Positions 11,501-17,218 of a stretch of 64,000 nucleotides of DNA are shown piece after piece. The stretch covers positions 20,930 through 84,929 of the forward strand of contig CAYTGG010000001.1 of NCBI GenBank assembly GCA_964437455.1. The letters are read 5' to 3'. Both the position numbers and the translations under genes were made by a program. Below the pieces are notes generated by a model. The model was not told the DNA's origin. It ran no database searches and saw only the letters and a list, made by a program, of their open reading frames with translations. This stretch comes from Candidatus Woesearchaeota archaeon (GTDB lineage: Archaea > Nanobdellota > Nanobdellia > Pacearchaeales > GW2011-AR1). Numbering within the stretch: position 1 is the first letter of the stretch; every line of letters begins with the position of its first letter.

Positions 11501-11678
11501 TGATATTTATTATAACGGATGGAATCGGGCTTTAAGATATTATAATGGATGGAATACAGATTGTAGTAAAGGAAATGTTAATTATGTAGAAGAATTAACA
11601 GGTAAAAAGGATAAATCTTATTCTGGAAATACTAAAGAGGAAGTAATTAAATTATTTCCTAATATCTGCGGAGAGTAA
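5523..11678 (+). CDS. Giant secreted/surface protein (2051 aa) with N-terminal signal/TM, a Cys-rich central module and a C-terminal lytic transglycosylase (GH23/SLT, lysozyme-like) domain
   Basis: N-terminal hydrophobic ILIIFGMFLLIGIFLIISISA; the C-terminal ~180 aa carry SLT signature motifs in order (LQLAMQESSL, catalytic Glu, around nt 11268), SYGVMQIN, IYYNGWNRALRYYNGWN, i.e. the E-S / GLMQ / AYNAG pattern of family GH23. Confidence 0.8.
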   Translation: MNKKILIIFGMFLLIGIFLIISISATYMRSNAAYTTSGTSFNYNYGYSGEWQVDSSMCEAGQDFVIQIAPFGCEPAVVRSDLLEEQNVPVYCQLGATKINPLIEVEAIESIDFSGNYPKEIAGVGFHPAKAALGLDGDLNSPILNNIGYVVILLRQQSNESEMPDYVSGNLTAKIRYDIEDAYGIGDATFYLPKLDDLEWNSRKNQYSFWKGRGYLRAEGIETDGASVSLYDGKMEKITSVNLKRGEISNKIYLPGFDCLAGLKLKLEGLEAPDTRAKLDINGEIIEVAKGEKFLEERCQIEDINKKGLIDFVEIKCREDEQGLFGGETFPLKISPKINLSIYNKEGNLIKKGSFDIGDYLYDYGHKRVYLGYANTFGYSNEEKDLYVHLVAIPSSVNKDKLTNEEIDSFTSYDKGVMGKEEVKSISNLIKSSFETYKSISINIGKWMIKGQNLRALSLEEGKTEIFDSQIQLHGFAGAQNIKFDNKKIEYYYEKSMESYDKIVNSYSNEKLPYGLYEEGITSGEEAFYRKISLAFSLGQKKTAYDLCEEFKQKYPNSEKNLNEFLNELYKFSNKELSSIDVIINGKSRKISFEGIFEPSINDYSAKIFIEGTDGKINEITLTKGQIYSLGELRGDKDFIYTSYLGEAYPLHFSFISNKWHWSFDKKIWKEVSIEEGNKIKENIDEYFTGKLIYPDFIPSSTIVNSEEIDSTKKLFYYLSNLDDINSFEKGKDKLSEEGYSGSVTEEYIKLVELEDNSAKLEFNLHPKGFWSTAKTVTISNDKGTLTEDTPEDFGSDFIFTLTDVTLKKSAKVSVIPTIDYAGSETNFSFKIGIDKRAIKLSPDKIEEKIENLNKSITDWEEKSEKLGKVVKGLKTACLATGLYLVTKNFLSNAGGKSIARQNIMRSKGGWNEECSKLVKEGNYSSLNECFTKNGDKIESDVNKYYEQLEKQNNEIKNMQEPFENKNWWGEKNVNTEEFKKVYCKNVRNELNGLESTKKIDLGGGQTKTVSEILNVIQNDCEGITVEQLRRMQLNYRLENIDLNLNVAGEQLDIDLANVWEDNYKEAERENFEKEAIEKGVMNPNAINIPSKDSIDIAYFGSKVASSSKLSIKEGTPIQLITFNHQEYYLELEETKKGELYIIKNVYNSGGSLLKENDLNVVSIKERVGTIKKYDKKSYENKYVNSVSDPKKPVLKYYETEPYKEMPALVPVDLDKGWYVSIKQTLPVMGNIQSYDKSGKVTSFYLCNIGENGKEEDRGGDDICEMINTGTGQPYNQFYGLDDSEALKIVKCAVESIEQASKQYGNSRVTIRNSCDTFTVYVGEPAVDVPDVQCQDFMSPKECQWLFNVCDPVICPSSRCNLGGNYHVADVIQSGIIGSIVLCFPNIGEGIYIPVCLTGVQAGLDAYLSVLKSYRDCLTDSLKEGELIGICDEIYSIHLCEFFWRQTLPLAEIAIPKLTEFAMGQNIHGGGEYLGVQAAWDNAGKSAEYFANYYASTSFEAFKSKIVEKVGSEICGSYSSAVYPEGGDLLDSLTEPDSPPQYYGRFDEITLTTVTNPPTSQYKVYYHIYAGKESRAYYQVYLKEGYKSSFYKDTSYNKIVDSGYISKGEYVSETKDFTAPSGYQQMCIVVNGKEECGFKQVSTSFAINYVEDKYLEEQASQKDITSEKECISGSASIYSVLNPNLQSAVEEMISPEIYNRGITRICATKNPGIGTDTNVEEKNSRWIDVGYCDDENMRCWLDLSSVKEVIEILYIENETLDSLTNKSLNALQSDGFLSEEKFKDILNEISQCETPEEKVNKIDKTLDEEDLLNSQKVRLFLQKGDICKELAEKSYGEENAKNILIKDSDEGPGVYDSDSDQLGDEEKRTCQELLGEEIIKIAREIKNEKNIDDSKVKNDTGVKNFECLILQLAMQESSLKHCKEIKEGDCLYCDGNLDKVLKASGDGKSYGVMQINLGAHSNIDVENFEENVRYGINYLISSYSETSKYYECLDIYYNGWNRALRYYNGWNTDCSKGNVNYVEELTGKKDKSYSGNTKEEVIKLFPNICGE

Positions 11679-11692
11679 ATAAAAATAAATAA

Positions 11693-11776
11693 TGTGGAAG
11701 AAAGGATTCGAACCTTCGCAGGCACTAAGCCACGAGGGCCTAAACCTCGCCCGTTTGACCACTCCGGCACTTCCAC
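11693..11776 (-). tRNA. tRNA-Leu(UAG), long variable arm
   Basis: Reverse complement GTGGAAG..CGAGG-TTTAGGC-CCTCG..GGC-TTAGT-GCC variable hairpin..GAAGG-TTCGAAT-CCTTT-CTTCCAC-A; anticodon TAG. Confidence 0.8.
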
Positions 11777-11842
11777 ATATTCTGCTCAAAACAGATACTA
11801 CTTAAATGAAAAAATTTATATAAAAACTTATGGTTATGCTTT

Positions 11843-12058
11843 ATGGAAAATTATTTTTCAACAATTTTTATTATTATTCTATCTTTAACAATTTTCTTAA
11901 TAATTATCAATCAACTTTTTTCTTTTAATTCTTTTTTAATTCTTTTATTATTTCTCTACTTGAATTTATTTGTGATTTATGATTATATATTAAAAAGAAG
12001 ACAAATTATTGAAAATCTAAAAGTGAGAAATAGAAAAAAAATTAGATTAGTGTGGTGA
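11843..12058 (+). CDS. Small hydrophobic ORF, hypothetical
   Basis: 71 aa, two hydrophobic stretches; low-complexity AT-rich region, may be non-coding. Confidence 0.2.
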   Translation: MENYFSTIFIIILSLTIFLIIINQLFSFNSFLILLLFLYLNLFVIYDYILKRRQIIENLKVRNRKKIRLVW

Positions 12059-12060
12059 TA

Positions 12061-12987
12061 TTATTTCTTTTTGTTGAGTTCTTTTTCTTTTTGTTTTATT
12101 TTCTCTTCTAATCTTAATTTTTCTATTAGTTCTTTGTATCTATTTCTTATTGTAACTTCTGTAATTCCTGCTATGTCTGCAACTTCTCTTTGTGTTTTTT
12201 TCTCATCATTTATTAACGCAGCAACATATAATGCAGCTGCAGCAATTCCTGCAGGACCTCTTCCTGATGTAAGTTCAACTTTCTCTGCTTGTTTTAAAAC
12301 TTTAAGAGCTTCATTTTGTGTTCTTGGAGATAATTTTAGAACAGAGGAAAATCTAGAGATATAATCCTCTGGAGAAGATTGTTTAACTTTAATTCCTAAT
12401 TTTCTTATTATAAATCTATAAGTTCTTCCAATTTCTTTTCTTTCAACATCTGAAGCTGTTGCCATTTCATCAAGAGTTCTTGGAATATTATAAGAGCGAC
12501 ATGCAGCATAAAGGCAAGCTGCTATTACAGATTCCATACTTCTTCCTCTTACTAATCCTCTTTGTAGGACATAATTATAGATTCTTGAAGCCTCATCTCT
12601 TACTACATTTGGAAGATTAAGATAAGAAGCAATAACTCTTAATTCAGCCATAGCTAATCTTAAATTTCTCTCAATAGAAGTTGAAACTCTTTCTTGCCAT
12701 TTCTTTAATCTTAGAAATTTTCTAGTCTGTCCTGGTTCTAATCTATAAATATCTGAAATTTCTCCAACATTAGTAGTTAAACCTTTATCAAATTTTTGCA
12801 TGCTCATAGGAGCTCCACCTCTACCCTTTTTTTCACTTTTATCAAATTTTCCTTGAAGGTCTACTCCTGTATCTACCATCTTCTCTTCTATAACTAATCC
12901 ACAATCTTTACAGATTAGTTCTCCGAGTTGAGGATTATAAACTATATTCACACTTCCACATTCGGGACATTGCTTAATATTTCCCAT
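12061..12987 (-). CDS. tfb: Transcription initiation factor IIB (TFB)
   Basis: N-terminal zinc ribbon CPECGS...CKDCG followed by two cyclin-fold repeats; 308 aa. Confidence 0.9.
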   Translation of the reverse strand: MGNIKQCPECGSVNIVYNPQLGELICKDCGLVIEEKMVDTGVDLQGKFDKSEKKGRGGAPMSMQKFDKGLTTNVGEISDIYRLEPGQTRKFLRLKKWQERVSTSIERNLRLAMAELRVIASYLNLPNVVRDEASRIYNYVLQRGLVRGRSMESVIAACLYAACRSYNIPRTLDEMATASDVERKEIGRTYRFIIRKLGIKVKQSSPEDYISRFSSVLKLSPRTQNEALKVLKQAEKVELTSGRGPAGIAAAALYVAALINDEKKTQREVADIAGITEVTIRNRYKELIEKLRLEEKIKQKEKELNKKK

Positions 12988-13107
12988 ATTTTTACTACCG
13001 TAAGATTTATAAAGAGTTAGCTTTTATAAAGCTTTCTATTTTTATAGTTATGGAATAATAGTAAAAAATACTTTCTGAGAATTAATTATTTTTATTTTTA
13101 ATTAACT

Positions 13108-13476
13108 TTATTCTATTAAAATTCCATTTAGAATACTCTCTTGACTTGGTTTGTTGGTTATTTTAACTTTTCCAAGATCTGTCTTTACAATAGTCCCTTT
13201 AGTTAATACATTCTGTCTTGCTAAAAATCTATTAGAAGGAGTTTCAAGAACATTCTTTATTTCAACTTTTTCTGCTTTTCTTCCTTTAATCTGAACATTT
13301 ATAAATTTGCCTTTTAAAAGTATCAATTTTTTATTTCCTCCAGAAATTTTTTTAGTTTTTATTTTTTCTTCTCCCAATTTAACTATATTTTTCTGACCTC
13401 CTCTTTCATATTTTTTCTTCTTTCTTTCTTTAATATACTTCTTTCCTGTTTTCTTTTTTCCTTTATTTATCGTCAT
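13108..13476 (-). CDS. rps8e: 30S ribosomal protein S8e
   Basis: Lys-rich N-terminus with KKRKKYERGG / GGNKK motifs and a C-terminal LTKGTIVKTD resemble eS8. Confidence 0.7.
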   Translation of the reverse strand: MTINKGKKKTGKKYIKERKKKKYERGGQKNIVKLGEEKIKTKKISGGNKKLILLKGKFINVQIKGRKAEKVEIKNVLETPSNRFLARQNVLTKGTIVKTDLGKVKITNKPSQESILNGILIE

Positions 13477-13582
13477 ATTGAAAATGAATAAAATTTATTT
13501 AAATATGTTTCTGTTTTAATTCTATAAATATAGATTATTTCAATATAAAAAAGTTTAAAAACATATATCTACAAAGCTAATT

Positions 13583-13831
13583 ATGGCTAACGGAATTGAG
13601 AGACCATTGGATTTGTTAAATAATTCCAAAGGAAGAGAAGTTTTAGTTCACCTAAAAGGAGATAAACAGTTTGTAGGAACTCTATTAGCTTTTGATATTC
13701 ATCTCAACTTAGTTCTTGATAATATCAAAGAGATGCAGAATGGAGAAATAAAAAAGAATTTAGGTTTAACTTTCTTAAGAGGAGATACAATAATATTTAT
13801 ATCTCCAGCTTCTACTGCTTTGAAAGAATAA
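13583..13831 (+). CDS. Sm-like archaeal protein (LSm)
   Basis: Sm1/Sm2 motifs: RPLDLLNNSKGREVLVHLKGDKQFVGTLLAFDIHLNLVLDN...LRGDTIIFI. Confidence 0.85.
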   Translation: MANGIERPLDLLNNSKGREVLVHLKGDKQFVGTLLAFDIHLNLVLDNIKEMQNGEIKKNLGLTFLRGDTIIFISPASTALKE

Positions 13832-13963
13832 ATTTAATCTCTTAAATTAATAATAAATTGAAAATTATCTTAGAAATTACTAAATAAGTTGTTAAACTCT
13901 TCTTACTAATTTGTTCTCTTTTAATCTCGATACTTATTTAAATTATATTATCTTTTTTAAATT

Positions 13964-14875
13964 ATGTCAGAAAAAATAAAGCTTACCTTTCTTGGAACTG
14001 CTGATGCAATACCTAGTGCTAAAAGAAATCATACTTCTATTTTATTAAATTATAAAGAAGAGAACATATTAATTGATTGTGGTGAAGGAACTCAAAGGCA
14101 ATTTAGAAAGAAAAAATTAAATCCTTGTAAGGTTACTCGTATTTTAATAACTCATTGGCATGGAGATCATGTTTTAGGTATTCCTGGTTTATTATCTACT
14201 TTAGCATTTAGTGGTTATAATAAGACTCTTTATATCTATGGGCCTCAAGGAACTGAACTTTCTATAAAAAGAATTCTAGAATTATTTAATTTTAAAAGAG
14301 ATTATGAGATTAAAGTTGAGGAAATTAAAGGAGAAGGTAGAATATTTTTTGAAAATGATGATTTCTATTTAGAAGCAGAATCTATGACTCATAGAATTCC
14401 TTGTAATTCTTATACTTTTGTCAAAAAAGGTTTGAGAAAAATAGATAAAAAAAAATTGTTAAAAGTAAAATTACCTGCTGGACCTTTATTAAAAAAATTA
14501 AAAGAAGGAGAGAATATAATATATCAAGGAAAGAAGTTTTATTCTAAAGATTTAACTTTTGAGGAAAAAAATAAAAAAATCTCTTTTGTTTTGGATACCT
14601 CCTTAAATAATAAAATTGTCCCTTTTGTAAAAAACTCTGATTTATTAATTTGTGAATCTACTTTTGGTTCTGAACTTGAGGAACATGCTAAAAAATATAA
14701 ACATCTTACTTCTATCCAATCTGCACAAATTGCAAAAAGTGCTAAAGTTAAAGAACTTATTCTGATTCATATAAGTCAAAGATATAAAAATTCTAAAAAA
14801 ATTCTACAGGAAGCAAAAAAGATTTTTAAGAATGTTCAAATAGCAGAAGATTTTGATAGAATAGAAATAGAATAG
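13964..14875 (+). CDS. rnz: Ribonuclease Z (tRNase Z, metallo-beta-lactamase fold)
   Basis: LTFLGT..AIPS..RN.TS....... ILIDCGEGTQ ... ILITHWHGDHVLGIPGLL (HxHxDH motif). Confidence 0.85.
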   Translation: MSEKIKLTFLGTADAIPSAKRNHTSILLNYKEENILIDCGEGTQRQFRKKKLNPCKVTRILITHWHGDHVLGIPGLLSTLAFSGYNKTLYIYGPQGTELSIKRILELFNFKRDYEIKVEEIKGEGRIFFENDDFYLEAESMTHRIPCNSYTFVKKGLRKIDKKKLLKVKLPAGPLLKKLKEGENIIYQGKKFYSKDLTFEEKNKKISFVLDTSLNNKIVPFVKNSDLLICESTFGSELEEHAKKYKHLTSIQSAQIAKSAKVKELILIHISQRYKNSKKILQEAKKIFKNVQIAEDFDRIEIE

Positions 14876-14912
14876 AAAACCTTTTAATAGTTTTTATTTC
14901 TTCTTTTTCTAT

Positions 14913-14986
14913 GCCTCCGTAGCTCAGCTGGATAGAGCATTAGCCTTCTAAGCTAGGGGTCGCAGGTTCGAATCCTGTCGGGGGCA
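14913..14986 (+). tRNA. tRNA-Arg(UCU)
   Basis: GCCTCCG-TA-GCTC-AGCTGGATA-GAGC-A-TTAGC-CTTCTAA-GCTAG-GGGTC-GCAGG-TTCGAAT-CCTGT-CGGGGGC-A; anticodon TCT. Confidence 0.85.
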
Positions 14987-15046
14987 TTTTTATATTTTAT
15001 TTATTATCCAAAAATTTTAATACTCTGTAATTCTCTAAAAAAATAT

Positions 15047-15245
15047 GCGGAGATGGCACAGCGGCTACTGCAATCGGTTGCAGCTGAGGGGCACCAAGGT
15101 TCCCCTTACACTAACTCTTCCTTTTTGGAAAGAAGAAATGTAAGGAATTAAATGGCCTAAACCTCTTACACTAACTCTTCCTTTTTCGGAAGGGAAAGGA
15201 AAGGCAAAACCCGATTTTTCGTGGGTTCGAGTCCCACTCTCCGCT
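15047..15245 (+). tRNA. tRNA-Cys(GCA) interrupted by a 126-nt intron at the canonical 37/38 position
   Basis: Exon 1 is 15047-15083 (acceptor GCGGAGA, D-arm GCAC-AGCGGCTA-CTGC, anticodon stem ATCGG, loop TTGCAG). Exon 2 is 15210-15245 (C38, CCGAT, TTTTC, GTGGG-TTCGAGT-CCCAC, TCTCCGC, discriminator U73, the Cys identity element). The acceptor and T stems are perfect. Confidence 0.7.
15084..15209 (+). other. tRNA intron (126 nt) with a bulge-helix-bulge splice motif and an internal duplication of about 30 nt
   Basis: Exon nucleotides 32-35 (TTGC) pair with intron nucleotides n-5..n-2 (GCAA), giving a 4-bp central helix flanked by 3-nt bulges A-G|C and A-A|C. The intron holds two copies of CTTACACTAACTCTTCCTTTTT(C)GGAAG, each a CTTCC-TTTTT-GGAAG hairpin. 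Confidence 0.6.
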
Positions 15246-15264
15246 TTAAATAGATTAATAAAAT

Positions 15265-15300
15265 AATAAATTGGACGAAGAAAGGATGCTGGATCGAAAA
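15265..15300 (+). repeat. 36-nt element AATAAATTGGACGAAGAAAGGATGCTGGATCGAAAA downstream of tRNA-Cys; a near-identical copy lies downstream of tRNA-Asn at 52310-52345 (minus)
   Basis: Two mismatches between the copies; both lie about 20 nt past a tRNA 3' end in the same relative orientation. Confidence 0.6.
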
Positions 15301-15373
15301 TTTTACACAGATTTAAATAAAAATTTATGAAGATTTAGAAAAATAAATAAATCTTAATCTATTTATTATAAAG

Positions 15374-15610
15374 ATGTATGATAAAATTTTTTTGATAGGA
15401 ATACTCTTTATTCTTTTTGGAATTCTATTAATAATTCTAGGAGGTTTTATTGGAATTTCTGGAGAGAATAGTAAAACTAATCTTGCTATAGGAGGATTTA
15501 TCGGGCCTATTCCGTTTGGTTTTTTTACAAATAAAAAAATGTTTTGGATTTTTTGTATACTATTTCTTGTTAGTTTTTTATTCTGGTTTTTATTGAGAAA
15601 TAAAATTTGA
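15374..15610 (+). CDS. Small membrane protein (3 TM), hypothetical
   Basis: 78 aa, Gly-rich hydrophobic helices. Confidence 0.3.
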   Translation: MYDKIFLIGILFILFGILLIILGGFIGISGENSKTNLAIGGFIGPIPFGFFTNKKMFWIFCILFLVSFLFWFLLRNKI

Positions 15611-15694
15611 GATTTAATTTATTTAATTTTATGTAATTTTTTAATATCTAAAAATTTTTAAAGCAGATACTCTTAATTTTTATTAAGAAAAAAG

Positions 15695-17194
15695 ATGAAA
15701 ATAAAAATAAAAAAAGAGGATGTTTATCTAATCATTGCAATTATAATTGCTTTAGGAACTATATTTCTTACATATTTGGGAGGAAAATCAACAGGTTTTG
15801 GAATTCTAGAAGATTATAATACAGAAGAAGAATGTGTAATTTCAGGATATTCTTGGATAAATGAAACTAACACAACTTGTACAAATATAACCACTTGTAT
15901 AAATGAAACAATTGAACAGTGTGAATGTTTAGAATATGAAATCATTAATGAAACAACTAATGAAACTGGAGACTGTATTAATTGGTCTTCTTTTGTTAAT
16001 GAAACCTGTTCTGAACAAGAAAATTGTGTAGAAGCTGTGATTGGAGGATATTGTACTGGAGATTGTAGCCCTTCTCATTTAGAGTTATGTAATGAAACAA
16101 ATTGTGAGGATATTGGAGGAGGATATTGGTATGATGAAACTTGTAATGTAGAAGAAGAATCTTCTTGTAGCAATAATTTAGAATTATGTAATGAAACAAA
16201 TTGTGAGGATATTGGAGGAGGATATTGGTATGATGAAACTTGTAATGAGGATGAATGTGATTCAGATGAACAATGTGATTCTGGTTATGAATGTGATGAT
16301 GGAGAATGTGTAATTTTAGAAAATGAAACTGAAATCTCTGAAGAAACTGAAACAACAGAATCTGCTTCTGAAAGTTCTGAAATTTCTGAGAGTATTACTC
16401 AAATAACTCCTAATTCTGAAGAGGTAATTTCCACAACAGAATTAACTATTTATGATATTTCAAAAATAGAATTAAAATCTTTACAATCTCAGGAAAATGT
16501 TTTGATAGCTAAAAATACAGGAACAGAACCTTTAAGCTCTTGTATACTTAAAGCTACAGGAGATTTATCTGATTGGATTAGTATTTCTGGAGAATCTAAG
16601 AATATAGGCTCTGGAGAAGAAAAGTCATTTAATTTTGTCTTGAATATTCCTGAAGGAACTAATCCCGGATCTTACAATATGGGTCTTTCAATAGAGTGCT
16701 CTGAATTAAGCAAAGGAAAAGAATTTTCTGTTAGTGTTATTAAAGAAACTTTTGAATTTGATCTTCTTAAAGTAAAGAAAATAAGAGATGAAAGAGTTAA
16801 AGCAGAATATACTCTTTCAGATTTATCAGGATTAGACCAAAGTATTAAATTAGATTTTAAACTTATAGATAATCAAAGTAAAAAAGTTTCTGAAACCACT
16901 GAGTTCAAAAATCTAAGTGCTAATCTTTCAAACAAGTTTTATACCCTTTTAGAAATTAATGAATCAGTAGAGGGAAATTTAACTTTAATGGTAGACTTAA
17001 ACTCAGAAACTTATTCAAGTTCTGTCCAAGAGCCAATAGTTCTTACTTCTCCACCAATTTTAGGTTTTGCTGTCTTTGATAACATAGGAGATTTAGGAAA
17101 CATAATTCTTTTAGTATCTTCTTTACTAGTATTATTTCTCTTAATCTTTTTAATAAGAAGAATTAGAAAGAGATCTAAAAAGAAAAATTCTTAA
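15695..17194 (+). CDS. Acidic Cys-rich repeat surface protein with N-terminal signal/TM, many N-x-T/S sequons, a C-terminal Ig-like region and a C-terminal TM anchor with basic tail
   Basis: Internal exact repeat LELCNETNCEDIGGGYWYDETCN x2 (nt 16083-16150 and 16176-16243); many sequons of the NET/NIT/NES type; C-terminus ...SPPILGFAVF...LLVLFLLIFLIRRIRKRSKKK resembles a PGF-CTERM-like sorting signal. Confidence 0.55.
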   Translation: MKIKIKKEDVYLIIAIIIALGTIFLTYLGGKSTGFGILEDYNTEEECVISGYSWINETNTTCTNITTCINETIEQCECLEYEIINETTNETGDCINWSSFVNETCSEQENCVEAVIGGYCTGDCSPSHLELCNETNCEDIGGGYWYDETCNVEEESSCSNNLELCNETNCEDIGGGYWYDETCNEDECDSDEQCDSGYECDDGECVILENETEISEETETTESASESSEISESITQITPNSEEVISTTELTIYDISKIELKSLQSQENVLIAKNTGTEPLSSCILKATGDLSDWISISGESKNIGSGEEKSFNFVLNIPEGTNPGSYNMGLSIECSELSKGKEFSVSVIKETFEFDLLKVKKIRDERVKAEYTLSDLSGLDQSIKLDFKLIDNQSKKVSETTEFKNLSANLSNKFYTLLEINESVEGNLTLMVDLNSETYSSSVQEPIVLTSPPILGFAVFDNIGDLGNIILLVSSLLVLFLLIFLIRRIRKRSKKKNS

Positions 17195-17218
17195 AAACTC
17201 TTTTTTATACTATTACTA

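Noticed and set aside
11694-11888. 64-aa ORF (MEERIRTFAGTKPRGPKPRP...)
   Set aside because: It is the antisense/overlap of tRNA-Leu(UAG) at 11693-11776; the GC-rich codons come from the tRNA.
15084-15209. C/D-box sRNA inside the tRNA-Cys intron
   Set aside because: The intron begins with CTGA (D-box-like), but no RUGAUGA C-box or paired C'/D' boxes could be found by eye.
15996-16355. 119-aa His-rich minus-strand ORF
   Set aside because: Antisense of the Cys/Glu-rich repeat region of the 499-aa surface protein; its repeat structure mirrors the sense-strand duplication.
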